64,000 nt of DNA from Octopus vulgaris (GCA_951406725.2 OX597824.1:9734001-9798000); one strand, 5' to 3'; shown: positions 25,456-40,762, numbered from the stretch's first letter. The notes: a model not told the origin generated them from the letters alone. Program-made: numbers and translations.

Positions 25456-27097
25456 GTAATTCTCTTCTCTCACGAGAAAAGACTTCTTCTTCTTCTTGTC
25501 CTTTGTTGTTGTTGTTCTTGTAGTTTGCCTACTGCAATATTTTGAAAACCATAGCCTTTTAACTTCAGGTTATTATTTTTTTAATGTTTCCCTAGCAATC
25601 ATCTGAAGTTGAAGTCTAATGTTCTTTAACATTGCTTTGCGTTGGGAGACGAAAAAGGTTACAGACGTTTAATTGTTTTTCCCCCTTAAACAAGCAACTT
25701 CTTCAATTTTTACTGCAGTGATTCTAGACATAAAAAAAACACCGTTGTTTTGTTAAGTTAAACAAACTTGTCGAGTTTCGAATGACTGAAATAGTTATAT
25801 TGATTCTCTTACGACATTTAGAAAAATATTAAGCTTCAACAACAATATCGAAATATTTTCAAAAAATCATTTGTTGCATGATGGAGTTGGCAACTAACTT
25901 CGCCGTAGCTTCATTACTTTCTGCGTCTTAATAAAAACAGCTGTGATTAATTCGTCTATTATATCTATCAGTGAATTCCTGCTAGCAATTAACGATGGAA
26001 AAGAAAATGAAATATATTTAATGCAACTGGCAAAATAGTTCCTTCTCGGCATGTGTTCCTCTTCTGCTTCTTTCTCCGCCTCCTCAAGAGCAACTCTATA
26101 CAATTGTTAAATCGTAGCAGCGTAGACTTTATTGCATTTAACTTCACTTATTATTAGAAATGTACTGAATGACAAAAGACAGGTTTCACATTGAATTTAT
26201 CTTAACACAGAGCAAAATGGAGGTAGAAACGGCAGAAAGATGGGAGATTTATTTATTTATTTATTTTTATTTCAACTGTTTGATAATGACGTGGTTTGTT
26301 GCAGGTTTTCTACAGGTCATTCATTAATTCACCGTACTTCTGTTATGGCTTTTCAGCCAAGGGAGTGTCTGTGTAACTAGGAGCAGAACAATTATATCAG
26401 TGGACTTCTTTCATAACGTATCAATTTTTCTCTCTGATATTTTTGTCCTTTGCTGACATATATCATCAAAAGATATATACACACACATACATATACACAC
26501 ACATACATACATACGCACACATGCAGACATGTACACACGCGCACGTACGCACACACTTGAAGCTACGCTAGGAGGCCCTTTCCATGGTGCTCGAACTCGG
26601 AAATCCCATGGTTGCAAAACGAACTTCTAAACCACACGGCTACATTATGTAGTACTATTTAAGTCCTCTTCAATTCCCTGTTGAACCCACCTTTTCAAAG
26701 CAAATACACTGCCTACCCATTTGTAGAGTTGGCCCTACCTGACTGTAGAACCCTTTTACAGGATCACAAGTCCGACGACCCACGATGTTTCTGAAATCGT
26801 CCATTATATTCGGAACAACCTAATATTAGAATATTACAATTTGACGCAGTGTTGACGAAGTTATCTATGATAAACATTAACTATAAACATTTGCTTCAAA
26901 AATCATTAGCGTTTTTGAGAAAGATACGCTAGACACACAATAATTTATTTAAATCAACTGCTTCTGAGTCAGTCGAGAATATATATCCATTGAATTATTC
27001 TGGTCGTGTTGTTGTTTCCAAAACTATTTTCCAAGGGCGGTAGCTGGCGTGGTGTTGAACTTGCATAGTGTGGAACACTAATCGCAAATCATCGTGA

Positions 27098-27392
27098 GTG
27101 GAGGCACATGGCCTAGTGGTTAGAGCAGCGGACTCATGGTCGAGGAATCTCTGACCGGGCGATGTGTGTGTTTATGAGCGAAATACCTAAGCTCCATGCG
27201 GCTCCGGCAGAAGGTAATGGCGAACTTCTGCTGACTCTTTCGCCACAACTTTCTCTCACTCTTTCCTCCTGCATATGGCAGCTCACCTGCGGCGGACTGG
27301 CGTCCCGTCCAGGTGGGGAACCTATACGCCAAGGAAACCGAGAAACTGGCCCTTATGAACCAGGCATGGCTCGAGAAGGGAGAAACAAACAA
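27098..27392 (+). mobile_element. SINE family C head plus V-like tail T3
   Basis: C-type head and CAACTTTCTCTCACTCTT body, then CCTGCGGCGGACTGGCGTCCCGTCCAG. Confidence 0.78.
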
Positions 27393-27905
27393 ATCTTCAT
27401 GATGGAGGTTTGTCTCTTTAACTTCTGTGATCATGTTAACGTATTATCTACTTTGTCTACAGTTCTTCGCCTGTCTTTAAAATAAGTTCCTTTCAAATCC
27501 TGAGGTAGGCCTAATCGACGATACTCCGCCGTTAAAGATTATTGTCATGTGCCTTAGTTAGAAATCAATATTATTGCTATAACCATTAAAGAATTTAGAA
27601 CGTTCCGATGTTTATTATGTTGGACGCTATATTTAAAAAACATACATATTAACGCACACGAAAATAACTAAAACATACATTTCAGCTCAAAAAAAGGTTA
27701 TGTTTTGATATTACAATAACTTGTTTTAAAAAAGTTGCTTCAGGTGTACTTCTTTTTAGAGTTAACTTCTTTTAATGCAAAAGACACAGAGTTAACCTGA
27801 AAATAAATTGAAAATATATCTGAATAGAAAATATAATTTCTTTTTATCATTAAAAATTAGTCGAAATAGGTTTCAATATATTTCGACGTTTTTCATAACT
27901 ATGTG

Positions 27906-27944
<39 letters not shown>

Positions 27945-27969
27945 ATAAATATATATGTGTGTGTGTGTA

Positions 27970-28105
27970 TTAGAAGAAATGAGGTACTCAGAAATCTGGA
28001 TGGTTTTCTAATTACAGATATTTATTAGTATGTTACATGTTTTTATAAATCATATATCATATATTAGCGCTTTCGTCCACTCTAGTGGAGTTTTCAAATT
28101 GAACT
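27970..28105 (-). mobile_element. Short element with a degenerate hammerhead-like motif
   Basis: Minus TTGAAAA-C-TCCACT ag AGTGGA-C-GAAA-GCGC-TA, then AATAAA and a microsatellite. Confidence 0.4.
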
Positions 28106-28239
28106 TTTACAGGAATTTTGACTCTTTTACATAGTATTATTGGGTATGTAGGGGTGGGGAAATATATAAGATAGTCCAAGAGGGTGAGGAATGGGGAGAA
28201 AGTGAGAGAGAGCTGCAAGGATATCGTGGAAGGTCGAGT

Positions 28240-28404
28240 CGGAGGCCCAACATACCGAGTTCTTTTGCAGGGCTTAGAAAAGCTGAAATGACCACTGCAA
28301 TAAATGTGTGAATCTGAGAGGGGAATATGTTGAATAAGATCATAAGTAACTGATCCTCGTGTATTTTCTTATACTCGGAGTCGGGAACTTTTCAGGCCCA
28401 CGTA
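28240..28404 (+). mobile_element. Mariner 3-prime remnant
   Basis: QGLEKLK/DHCNKCVNLRGEYVE* (one frameshift), then TIR GGAACTTTTCAGGCCCACG-TA; homologous to 798-1020. Confidence 0.72.
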
Positions 28405-28594
28405 GCAATAATGTGTGAAGAACGATACACACAAATACATACACACAGTGATAAAGAAAGACAAAAAAAAGACACAGAAAGAGGAAGAGGAGGAGGAGGA
28501 GGTGCAGGAGGAGCAGGAGGAATTGATGCAATAGTTTCAAATGGACAGAAATGAAAGCTCAGCATTTGAGAACTGTATAATAAATCTTCATAAG

Positions 28595-28625
<31 letters not shown>

Positions 28626-29344
28626 ACAGAAATAAGCTATAAAACAAAGTACAGGGAATAAAATGAAGAGTGTAAGAATAGGGGGGGGGTGATAGGTGAA
28701 GGAGAGGACGAAATAGTAGGGGGAGAAAGCGATAGGTAGTGGAAGTAGACAGAGGAGGAGATGCAGTCCATTATAAATGTATTATGGAAGAAATTAAAGC
28801 GCATCCTATATGAAAATATGAAAAACAATGAAAATGGTGTAATATATAGTAGAATTATCGACTGAAAAGACATTAAAACAGTTCAGCATAGAAAGTTATG
28901 GCAAGATGTCTGAACATGAATAAATGTGTGTTCGTATCAATGTAAACAGAGAAATGTAAATATGTTAGATAAAGTGAGAATAAATACATTCTCAGAAGTA
29001 TGTGTGTGAGGATATGCGTAGAAGCGCGTCTGTGTATAATTACAGACGCGCCCAAACATACACAAAATACATACATATGTGCATTCACATTCGCACAGAC
29101 ATGTCTGTGTATATACGCACTCGTTCATACACGCTCAGACACACGTACGTATATGCTAATTGCAAGGTAAGAGACATTTCGCTTTTGGTAATTAATATTC
29201 ATTTTATCATTTTGTATAAACACCGAGAAATTTCGTACGAGTTATAATTATTATGTGTATGTTGCATTTTCTGATATTACCGTTGGCGGCCAAATTACAC
29301 TTCCAAAGTTATCTGTCATACGACGGATAGCACTCAAGTATATA

Positions 29345-29745
<401 letters not shown>

Positions 29746-29969
29746 CATTCTGTAACTGAGAACAGAAAACCGCTCCCTCCAGGATAAGATGCCTGTCTAT
29801 TGCACGACTGACCTACGCCAGATGCTGGTACTTATTTCCTGCTGATCGATTGGAGAAAAATTATGTACAGAGCCTTGCTTTGTAACAGGACATTGCCCAC
29901 TCACTCTCTCCAGAATATCCACTGCCTGCTTTCGCAATATCCAATATGCCTTTCAGTTTTCCAGGGTGG

Positions 29970-30572
29970 TATATTTCTTTGTTGCCCACAAGGGGCTAAA
30001 CATAGAGGGGACAAAAAAGGACAGACAAATGGATTAAGTCGATTATATCGACCCCAGTGCGTAACTGGTACTTATTTAATCGACCCCGAAAGGATTAAAG
30101 GCAAAGTCGACCTCGGCGGAATTTGAACTCAGAACGTAGCGGCAGACGAAATACCCATTTCTTTACTATCCACATGGGGCTAAACACAGAGGGGACAAAA
30201 AAAGACAGACAAACAGATCAAGTCGATTATATCGACCCCAGTGTGTAACTGGTACTTATTTAATCGACCCCGAAAGTATGAAAGGCAAAGTCGACCTCGG
30301 CGGAATTTGAACTCAGAACGTAGCGGCAGACGAAATACCCATTTCTTTACTATCCACATGGGGCTAAACACAGAGGGGACAAAAAAGGACAGACAAACAG
30401 ATTAAGTCGATTATATCAACTCCAGTGCGTAACTGGTACTTATTTAATCGACCCCGAAAGTATGAAAGGCAAAGTCGACCTCGGCGGAATTTGAACTCAG
30501 AACGTAACGGCAGACGAAATACGGCTACGCATTTCGCCCGGCGTGCTAACGTTTCTGCCAGCTCGCCGCCTT
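29970..30572 (-). mobile_element. SINE family A, head plus three bodies
   Basis: ~185-bp body repeated three times, with one head at ~30520-30572. Confidence 0.88.
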
Positions 30573-31014
30573 CAGCTTTCCAGGGTGATAGCTTGTGACT
30601 GGATGAAGATATGACCGCTACATGTATGGATGCATAAATGTTTATTCATAAAAGAGCAGTAAGTGCTGACCTTTCTGGCAGGATTCAATTCTCGTCAGCA
30701 CAACACTTGAACCCGTTCAATTTTGCTAACATTATAGAGTGACTTTTGCCAACGTAAGGACATCGCAAACTTTTGGAAAATATATATTTTTCCCAATTGC
30801 TGATTGCTAATTCATTGATTATTCATCTCTACAGCAAAGAACAGAATTGTTTTGCCAGAAGTCAATATTTCATTTTGCGTCAGTGAAGCAAATTTGAGTT
30901 TAATGGAACGAAGTATATCATATAGCATTTATGCATTCATTTAATTCAATTTTCCTTTTAGTTTCAGCCATAAATTCTCTATATTCATTTGTAAAATATT
31001 TCATATTCATATAA

Positions 31015-31420
31015 AGGCGTAGGAGTGGCTGCGTGGTGAGTAGCTTGCCTACCAACCACATGGTTCCCGGTTCAGTCCCACTGCGTGGCACCTTGGGCCG
31101 ACCAAAGCCTTGTGAGTGGATTTGGTAGACGGAAACTGAAAGAAGCCCGTCGTATATATATATACATATGTATGTATGTATGTATGCGTGTATATGTTGG
31201 TGTGTCTGTGTTTGTCCCCCCAGCATCGCTTGACAACCGATGCTGGTGTGTTTACGTCCACTTAACTTAGCGGTTCGACAAAAGAGACCGATAGAATAAG
31301 TACTAGGCTTACAAAGAATAAGTCCTGGGGTCGATCTGCTTGACTAAAGGCGGTGCTCCCGCATGGCCACAGTCAAATGACTGAAACAAGTAAAAGAGTA
31401 AAAGAGTAAAAGAGTAAAGA
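31015..31420 (+). mobile_element. SINE family B, near full length
   Basis: GGCGTAGGAGTGGCTGCGTGGTGAG head to (GTAAAAGA)n tail. Confidence 0.88.
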
Positions 31421-31462
31421 GCTGCCATCAAGACTTCGTTAATTTTCGTCAATACGAAGTTG

Positions 31463-31942
31463 TGACCCCCTTCGGTCATGAATGACCATGGGATTGCACC
31501 TAGAAAGTTACCCTCCGAAGCACAAGTCTGGGCAAGGTTGTTTATGGAAGACCAGCAGTCGCCCATGCATACCAGCCTCCTTCCTCTCCACGCCACCGAT
31601 GTTATCCAAGGGAAACGCAAAGGCCGATACAGCTTGGCACCTGTGACGTCGCAGCTCATTTATTAACGTGCAAGTGGCTGAGCACTCCACAGACACGTGT
31701 ACCTTTAACGTAGTTCTCAGGGAGATTCAGCGTGACACAGAAGGTGACAAGGCTGGCCCTTTGAAATATTGGTACAACGAAACAGGAAGAAAGAATGAGA
31801 GAAAGCTGTGGTGAAAGAGTACAGCAGGGTTCACCACCACCCTCTGCCGGAGCCTCGTGGAGCTTTAGATGTTTTTGCTCAAAAAACACTCGGTCTGGGA
31901 ATCGAAACCGTGATCCTAACCAGTGGGCCATTGCGCCTCCAC
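31463..31942 (-). mobile_element. Trimodular SINE: C head + T2 + T4
   Basis: TSD TCAATACGAAGT (31449-60) / TCAGTACGAAGT (31943-54) flanks all three modules. Confidence 0.8.
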
Positions 31943-32120
31943 TCAGTACGAAGTAACTAACAATTTATTAGTTACATTCTAATTTTAGCACCAGGCCAGC
32001 AAATTGATTACTCAATTCCGATACGTGGCTGGCACTTTATTTAATCGATCTGTGGAAGAACGAAAGGCAAAGTTGCCATCGGAAGATTTTCAAGCTCATA
32101 TATATATATATATATATATA

Positions 32121-32491
32121 CACGACGGCTTCTTTCAGTTTCCGTCTACCAAATCCACTCACAAGGCTTTGGTCGCCCAAGGCTATAGTAGAAGACACTT
32201 GCCCAAGGTGCCACACAGTGGGACATGAGGTTCGTAAGCAAGCTACTTACCACACAGCCACTCCTACGCCTATAGTAATTATACCATATAATTTTTTATG
32301 GACGGAAGAGGGAAAATGATCAAATATTTTGATAAAGAAATAGGATAAAGGATAATAATCTGCTATAAGGGTTTATATCTTTAAATATGCTTTTTCTCTT
32401 AAGTTTTCACAGCATCTGTTGTGAAGCGATTATGGGGAGGGGGACAAGCACAGACACACAAACATACACACACATATACATAAACACACAT

Positions 32492-32551
<60 letters not shown>

Positions 32552-32716
32552 GACGGGCTTCTTAGCAGTTTCCGTCAACCAAATCTACTCACAAGGCCTT
32601 GGTCGGCCCAAAGCTATAGTAGAAGACACTTTCCGAAGGTGCCACGTAATCGGACTGAACCCAGAACCATGTGGTTGGTAAGCAAGCTACTTACCATTAC
32701 CACACAGCCACTCCTA
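32121..32716 (-). mobile_element. Two partial SINE B copies (32121-32271 and 32425-32716)
   Basis: Homology to the 5-prime half of family B. Confidence 0.78.
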
Positions 32717-32768
32717 TGTACCAATATTTTATGTGACGGAATAAATATACTGTGTCAAATATAACTGT

Positions 32769-32813
<45 letters not shown>

Positions 32814-33332
32814 CTCTCACTCTCTATCTCTCTCTCCCTCTCTCGCTTCACAGAAACATCTTTAACCTCCATCTACTAACCCCCTTTCTTTCAACCTCTG
32901 TTTAAAACGTGTCATAAGCACTGCTTTTCCTCCTTTGTCAAAGCCAATAAAAAAAAGGAACATGCACTCCTTACAAGCCTTAATACGAATACCTGATTCT
33001 TCCTGGAATGTTCTTATTGGTATGAAATTCTATGATATTGTCTCTTATCTCTTTTAACTCTTGAACTCAGTCCTTTTAATGGAATCAATATCGACAAAAT
33101 TCTTCGTGACCATGACAACTGAATGATAACGAGGAAATCTCATCCAAACAATTTGAGTGTGCATTGTTTTGAAAATATTGTCTCTCTCTCCCTTTCATCG
33201 TCTCTTTTGGTCTCTTCCCCTTTTTATGACTCTATGACACCCACCCCGCACCACTCGCACCTCGTACAACCTTCGCATCCCTCACACTACCACCACTACC
33301 CCCCTCCATCCCCGAAACTCGAACGAACCACA

Positions 33333-33570
33333 ATACCTATTTCTTTATTGGCCACAAGGGGCTAAACAGAGAGGGGACAAACAAGGACAGACACACGGAT
33401 TAAGTCGATTACATCGACCCCAGTGCGTAACTGGTACTTATTTAATCGACCCCGAAAGGATGAAAGGCAAAGTCAACCTCGGCGGAATTTGAACTCAGAA
33501 CGTAGCGGAAAACGTAATAACGCTAAGCATTTCGCCCGGCGTGCTAACGTTTCTGCCAAGTCGCCGCCTT
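33333..33570 (-). mobile_element. SINE family A monomer
   Basis: Full head to tail ending AAAGAAATAGGTAT. Confidence 0.88.
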
Positions 33571-34499
33571 AAACTAACCACTAAGCCTTGTCCTTCCTTC
33601 CCGCAACATCGGTTTTTCTAGAACATTCACTCTGCTCGAATTTTCTCCTGGAAAGTTTTGGCCTGCAACATTTTAAATGGAATATTAACGGCATCAAGCT
33701 CACAGGTTCTTGAAGTACCTGCAAAAGGTCATTGGCACTAACCCTTTTTTTGCAGATTCAGAAAGCAAAGAAAAAAAAACCACAACCTAAAGGAATCTGT
33801 AGACCAAAACAAACACTCGTTCAAACATTCTTCAACAACGGCTTTTACAAACAAACTAATAGACCAAACCATAGAACAATACAGAACAAATATACTCAAC
33901 ACAGTAGATACACACAAACCACTATAACTATTTAAAATAAACAAAGCACACACAAAGTGTACAGCACGAAGCCAAAGCAAACAAACATGAGAATAGATGA
34001 ACATGTTATCGATAAACTCAAAAACCTGAACGCAAAATGCATTGCAGTAATATACAAGACTAATATTACTACAAAGCAGAACTAAAAATCTTATATATAT
34101 ACATAGAAATACATTTGTGTAGGAGAGATGCAGATAGAGAAGATAATGATAATGATAAATAAGAGAGTGTGGTTGGGTGATGGGCGGTTTGAGAACCAAT
34201 GAGAGTTACTCAATGATGAATTAGGAAGAAGCAGAAACAGTCACAGTACAAACAACAATAGCTATTACTACATAACCATCTCCTCATTTCGGTTAACTAT
34301 TCAGGAACCCCGCTCCCCTCCCCCCCCCCCCGCCGCCCGCCGCCCGCCTCCGATTCTGCTCTTTCATTCAGAAAAGACCCATAAGCCGAATTAACTTATC
34401 GATCACACTGTTTTACTAAAATAATGGAATATTTCACTACTTTGGTACCAGCAGACAACAGAACTCATAAAAGACACAATATATATATATACATTCTTC

Positions 34500-35140
<641 letters not shown>

Positions 35141-35769
35141 TGTGTGAATGCATTCTTTTATCTGTATGCTCATTTGTGTACACATGCGCAAAATACAAAC
35201 TTCAATGTGTATGAATGTGAGCGAGATTAGGTTTCATATATGTGTGTTCGTTTATATGTGTGTGTGTTTCTGTGTGTGTTTATATGTGTGTGTGTGCTTT
35301 TGTGCGTGTCCAAGTGTGTTTACTCAAACACTGGTGAAGAGTAAACATTATTACTTGTAGTTATTATGTTTAAGTTTTCCACTAGACTTTGCACATTCCA
35401 TTCTTCAAAGACAGAAATATTTACATAGATACATATTACAAGCACACAAGCCTCTGTGCTGTCGCTCGACCCGCTAGAAATAGCAAACAAAAACACAAAT
35501 ATGCAACTTGGGCTATCCACCACGGCCTGGCCTAACTTGTGACTACTTTATAAACAGCTGATGTACGCTATTGATTGGAGAAAAGCGCCGGGCTGTTTTT
35601 ATCTGAGGATTAGTCAACAAGCCCTAAAACTTTCAGTCAGGAGACCCCTTACCTTTGCTTTCTATTCACCAATAGTATAGAAATAATATGTTTATATTAA
35701 TCGACGGTGAAGCCTTGTATTAAATTTATTTCAATTCAGCATATACAAGCACACACATATATATGTATA

Positions 35770-36121
35770 TGGGAAGCACTCTGTCGGTTACGACGATGAG
35801 GGTTCCGGTTGATCGTGAAATTAACGTGTAAGTGGCTGAGCACTCCACAGACACGTGCACCCTTAACGTAGTTCTCGGGGATATTCAGCGTGACACAGAG
35901 AGTGACAAGGCCGGCCCCTTGAAATACAGGTACAACAGAAACAGGAAGTAAGAGTGAGAGAAAGTTGTGGTGAAAGAGTACAGCAGGGAGCCTCGTGGAT
36001 CTTTTAGGTGTTTTAGGTGTTTTAGCTCAATAAACACTCACAACGCCCGGTTTGGGAATCGAAACCGCGATCCTATGACCGCGAGTCCGCTCCCCTAACC
36101 ACTGGGCCATTGCGCCTCCAC
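35770..36121 (-). mobile_element. SINE family C head plus tail T2
   Basis: Head GGAGGCGCAATGGCCCAGTGGTTAGG; tail GTGTCACGCTGAATATCCCCGAGAACTACGTTAAGGG...CGTCGTAACCGAC. Confidence 0.82.
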
Positions 36122-36143
36122 ATATGTATATACACGCAAATAC

Positions 36144-36176
<33 letters not shown>

Positions 36177-36311
36177 TGTATGTATGTATGTATGTATGTA
36201 TGTATGTATGCATGTATGTATGTATGTATGTACGTATGTTTTAACAAATTTAGTGTTGATTGATAGAAATTCCTTAAATATTAACAGATGCGTCTGTGAA
36301 ACATATATATT

Positions 36312-36960
36312 TAAGATTGTTTCGATTCTGCTGCCACACATCCTACAAATGGGCGATTTGCTACTCTTATCTATTTGGAACTTGGTGCAATTAGTTCCCA
36401 GAACTTGTTCCTGGGCGCTTCATATCAATACCTCAGTGCATCCTTTCAGATCACTTTTTCTTTGCCATCTCCAAGTGTTGTTCTTCTCTTTTCCTTCGAT
36501 TTCTCTGAAGTACTGCTCGTGCAGTGGTTTCATTTTCCAGTTGTTTATTCTTTCTTCTTCAAATTGTTTCTTAAATGTTTGTGGATACATCACATTTTCG
36601 GTAGGTATTGTATTGTTAATTCTGACAGCGGCAAACAAGGATTCCCTCTGCTGTTTGATGTACCATCCCAGACTGCTCCTCTCGTTGACAAAACAGATCT
36701 TGCATCCTATGAGGCATCTTCCTCGCGCTTCTACAGTCTGTCAGTATCACTTTTGGGGTGTAAATCCTTGTTAATTGTCATCACTTTTCTAGTTTTCCTC
36801 CCCATTTCCTCAAGCTCTTTCATTGTCCACCAAACAACACCTGCACCGTATCGCATCAAGGAAACAGCCCATGTGTTGATTGTCCTGATTTTGTTTCTTT
36901 CCCATTGACTCTACTTCCCATAATTAAAATTGTTCTTCTGAGATATTCTCACCTGAAGCT
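36312..36960 (-). mobile_element. Second R4/Dong-clade LINE fragment (pseudogene)
   Basis: NKIRTINTWAVSLMRYGAGVV..RKTRKVMT..LHPKSDTDRL; WKMKPLHEQYFRE; AQEQ.L.TN; CRMC..IETI; stops and frameshifts. Confidence 0.85.
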
Positions 36961-37517
36961 TCAGTGAGAGACAGTGCATGCCATCAAAGTAACACTGACG
37001 TAAAAATATATGAAGCCCAATATACCCATCATGACTATCCGACTCATAAGTGTACTCCAGGCACATGCATCGCAACCATATGTGCGCAACATGGTGATTT
37101 TATATCAAGATAAACAGCGTGTGAACTTGAAGATGGGGCCCAGTCAGAATCTTCTTCAGGTCGAGTAGCCCACCTCGTTCAAAAGGTCCCTGAATAAGGG
37201 TTTTTTTAAAGATGTTGAACAAGACACCCATGTTTCCAAAGGTGAATTATCCAAACCTCAAAGAATCCCTCTCAACACATGGCTATGATGCTCCCCCACT
37301 ACTTCAGCTCGTGATCAGAGATGTACTTATTGTTAGCCACTAAGGGACGTGCTCAACTGGTTAAGGTCAAACAACTGACAAGCAAATCTGTGGTATTGAG
37401 CAGAATATTTGCTGTAGCCCATCTTTTATACCAAGACAAAACAATGTACATGATAACACTTCCAATCAGTTAAGATCAGAAGCCATGAGAGCCACTGCCT
37501 GGTACTGCATCAGGGCA
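36960..37517 (+). mobile_element. Unclassified retroposon-like segment with a (TTA)n tail
   Basis: Complex sequence abutting the LINE fragment and running directly into a long (TTA)n tract; single copy in the window, so the call is inferred. Confidence 0.35.
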
Positions 37518-37571
37518 TTATTATTATTATCATCATTATTATTATTGTTATTATTATTATTATTATTATTA

Positions 37572-37614
<43 letters not shown>

Positions 37615-37616
37615 CA

Positions 37617-37689
<73 letters not shown>

Positions 37690-37703
37690 CATTGTTATTA
37701 TTG

Positions 37704-37743
<40 letters not shown>

Positions 37744-37953
37744 AAATTATTCATACATTATTATTATACATTATTTATGCATCATCATCATCATTATTAT
37801 TATTATTATTATTATTGTTGTTGTTGTTGTTGTTGTTGTTATTGGTATTTGATATATGCTCAACACAGTATACTGTTGGAAAAGAAAAATTCCTAACATC
37901 GGGCTACGACAAGTAACCTTAGATGCCAACAACTCCGCTAGTTATTATTATTC

Positions 37954-38018
<65 letters not shown>
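37518..38018. repeat. (TTA)n tracts
   Basis: Direct read. Confidence 0.95.
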
Positions 38019-38019
<1 letters not shown>

Positions 38020-38309
38020 CACTGTGTTATCAGCGAGGGACACTTCAGCTCGGCAAGTTAGTACATTACATATACCGCTGAGAGAGCAGATGCTATGTTT
38101 GCAGTGATTAATATTTTTTGCATGCGAAGTTATTTTCTTTTTCTTTTTCTTTTTCCTGTTTATGCTATCTCTAGAAGCAGAGAACATTTTGGTACAGCTT
38201 ATAGATTAACATATAGGTAAACAGATGGATATATAGCAAGCTGACTAGCTAGCTACGTAGGTACATAGGCTGAAATATGTTTGTGTTTGTGTGTGTGTGT
38301 GTGTGTATC

Positions 38310-38486
38310 GTTGGCGATTTTCTTCCTCCGTCTTCCCTTCCTTTGGACTCTCCTCTCTTTCTGAAGAAGAGCAAGGCTCGAAACGTTAAATCATCTTTCC
38401 TTCCTTTCCTGAGTGTCTGATAATACAATACTTGTACCACGTCCTCGCTTTATTGTTTTTCCTTGTTTGTTCTTCTTTGTTTGGAT

Positions 38487-38534
<48 letters not shown>

Positions 38535-38610
38535 AATATACTAATACATTTATTTGTTTGTACTCCACCTGTCTTCGTCTTTTGTTTATTTTCGCAAACC
38601 TTCCCGTTAT
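38310..38610 (+). mobile_element. Family E repeat with a minimal hammerhead-like motif
   Basis: TTT-CTGAAGA(38361-67)-A-GAGC aag GCTC-GAAA-CGTT-AAA; downstream parts match 3211-3280, 20765-20918 and 59520-59583. Confidence 0.65.
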
Positions 38611-38626
38611 GTATGTATGTATATAT

Positions 38627-38716
<90 letters not shown>

Positions 38717-38782
38717 CATATAATGTATATGACTGGAGATGTTTGCCTTGCTTCAACATTTGTTGTCCTCTTTAACAATTAT

Positions 38783-39010
<228 letters not shown>

Positions 39011-39291
39011 CAAAAGAGAGGGTGAGAGACACAGACAGACAGTGGAGAGTGAGATATAATAGTTAAGTTAATGTTAGCATATATGAATGTGGTGAATTTT
39101 TTAAAAGGCAGACTCGAAATAATCACGCTGTGAAGAAGAAAGAATAATAATCAATGCTTCATATACGAACTTGATTATCTCGGCGAGCATGGGAGGTAAC
39201 TGCAGGTATGTTCGAAGCAATGGCTTCATCAGCAGAGCATAGACTTCACTATCGTTGCAGAAATAGTGATTAAAGTATCTCAAAGTGAGTA

Positions 39292-39752
39292 TAGTAATCC
39301 ATCGACTATCGCGGGTGGTACGTTGCAAAACCCTCCGCGAAAGGTGAAAATCTGAGAAGTAGAAACAGTACTGTACTGTATATATATTATTTAATTATTT
39401 TCATAATTTGTATATATTTATTTTATTATAACTGCAAAACACCACCACACACTCTCCTCCCGAGTTTCGTTTCCCATACAGTATGTGTGATTCTTTGTTT
39501 ATTCATCTACGGTACATTCTCTTTACTCTTTTACTTGTTCCAGTCATTTGACTGTGGCCGTGCTGGAGCACCGCCCTTTTAATCGGGCAGTTCGACCCCA
39601 GAACTTATTCTTTGTAAGCCTAGTACTTATTCTATCGGTCTCTTTTGCCGAACCGCTAAGTTACGGGCACCTAAACACACCAGCATCGATGTTGGGCGGG
39701 GACAAACACAGACTCACAAACATATATACACACATACATATATATATATATA

Positions 39753-39851
<99 letters not shown>

Positions 39852-40270
39852 GTATATACGACGGGCTTCTTTCAGTTTCTGTCTACCAAATCCACTCACA
39901 AGGCTTTGGTCGGCCAGAGGCTATAGTAGAAGACACTTGCCCAAGGTGCCACGCAGTGGGACTGGACCCAAAACCATGTGGTTAGTAAGCAAGCTACTTA
40001 CCACACAGCCACTCCTACGCCTATATATATTTTCTTTTGATATATTTTATTTAATGTGTTATACAGTGCAATACTGTACTGTATTTTTAATTAATTTATT
40101 AATTTTTAGAAATGTTTATTCTACCACAGAAATCGCCAAAATCTATAAAAATATAAATACCTATCGGCCGCAGAAACCCGCGATGTAAATTTACATATAT
40201 ATCAGCCAGAAAAAATCCGCGATGTACTGAAAGCGCGGTAGGTAAACCGCGATATGGCGAGGGATTACTG
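39292..40270. mobile_element. pogo/Tigger-like non-autonomous DNA transposon carrying a nested SINE B
   Basis: Left TA-TAGTAATCCATCGACTATCGCGG; right CCGCGATATGGCGAGGGATTACTG (reverse complement CAGTAATCCCTCGCCATATCGCGG); subterminal CCGCGA repeats. Confidence 0.75.
39519..40022 (-). mobile_element. SINE family B nested in the pogo-like element
   Basis: Full-length B homology with an expanded internal (TA)n. Confidence 0.85.
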
Positions 40271-40374
40271 CATATGTGATATTACTGTGGTTGGCGTAGA
40301 ATAAAGAATTATGTAGAAAACAAATAATGCAGAAACATCACTAGCATAAAGTAATAACAGCTTTTATAGCTGAT

Positions 40375-40762
40375 TGTTAGGTGACGGTCTCATTTAGAGA
40401 ATGCGTCGGCTAAGACTACGCGCCCTCCATTGGTCAGTTAAAGTTAGACAGTGTCACGTGACAACTTGCTGGGGCTGCCTGCTGGAGCCTACCAGCGGGT
40501 ATTTAAAGGGTAATTTGACAAGACAGTCAGTCGCCCGCTGACACTCGCTGACGCTACATCGAAGAGGCCAGGGAACAGAAGAAAGGAGAAAGAAGACATG
40601 CACTCAACACCGAAAGTGGCGGGGGGGACGCCACGTCAAAACGGTAGAGGAGTAGGGGCCGAAACCGGACGTGGTTCCTCCTGATGATGTCTTGAGCTAA
40701 CTGGATCCTATACAGGAGCTGTTGTGGTAGCAGACCACGAAACATGGTTGAAATTCCTAACA
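40375..40762 (+). mobile_element. Solo LTR (388 bp)
   Basis: Termini TGTTAGG...CCTAACA (7-bp inverted, TG..CA); flanks TGAT/TTAT; internal ATTGG, GTCACGTGAC and TATTTAAA promoter-like motifs; higher GC than its surroundings. Confidence 0.65.

Noticed and set aside
29970-30572. Regular repeats resembling a CRISPR array
   Set aside because: These are ~185-bp tandem SINE bodies with no unique spacers or cas genes, in a eukaryotic context.
36124-36908. Long plus-strand ORFs (216 and 177 aa)
   Set aside because: They are antisense to the R4/Dong fragment, and one begins in a (TATG)n repeat.
40681-40750. CTGATGA...GAAAC inside the solo LTR as a hammerhead
   Set aside because: Stem II does not start next to CTGATGA and no stem I forms.
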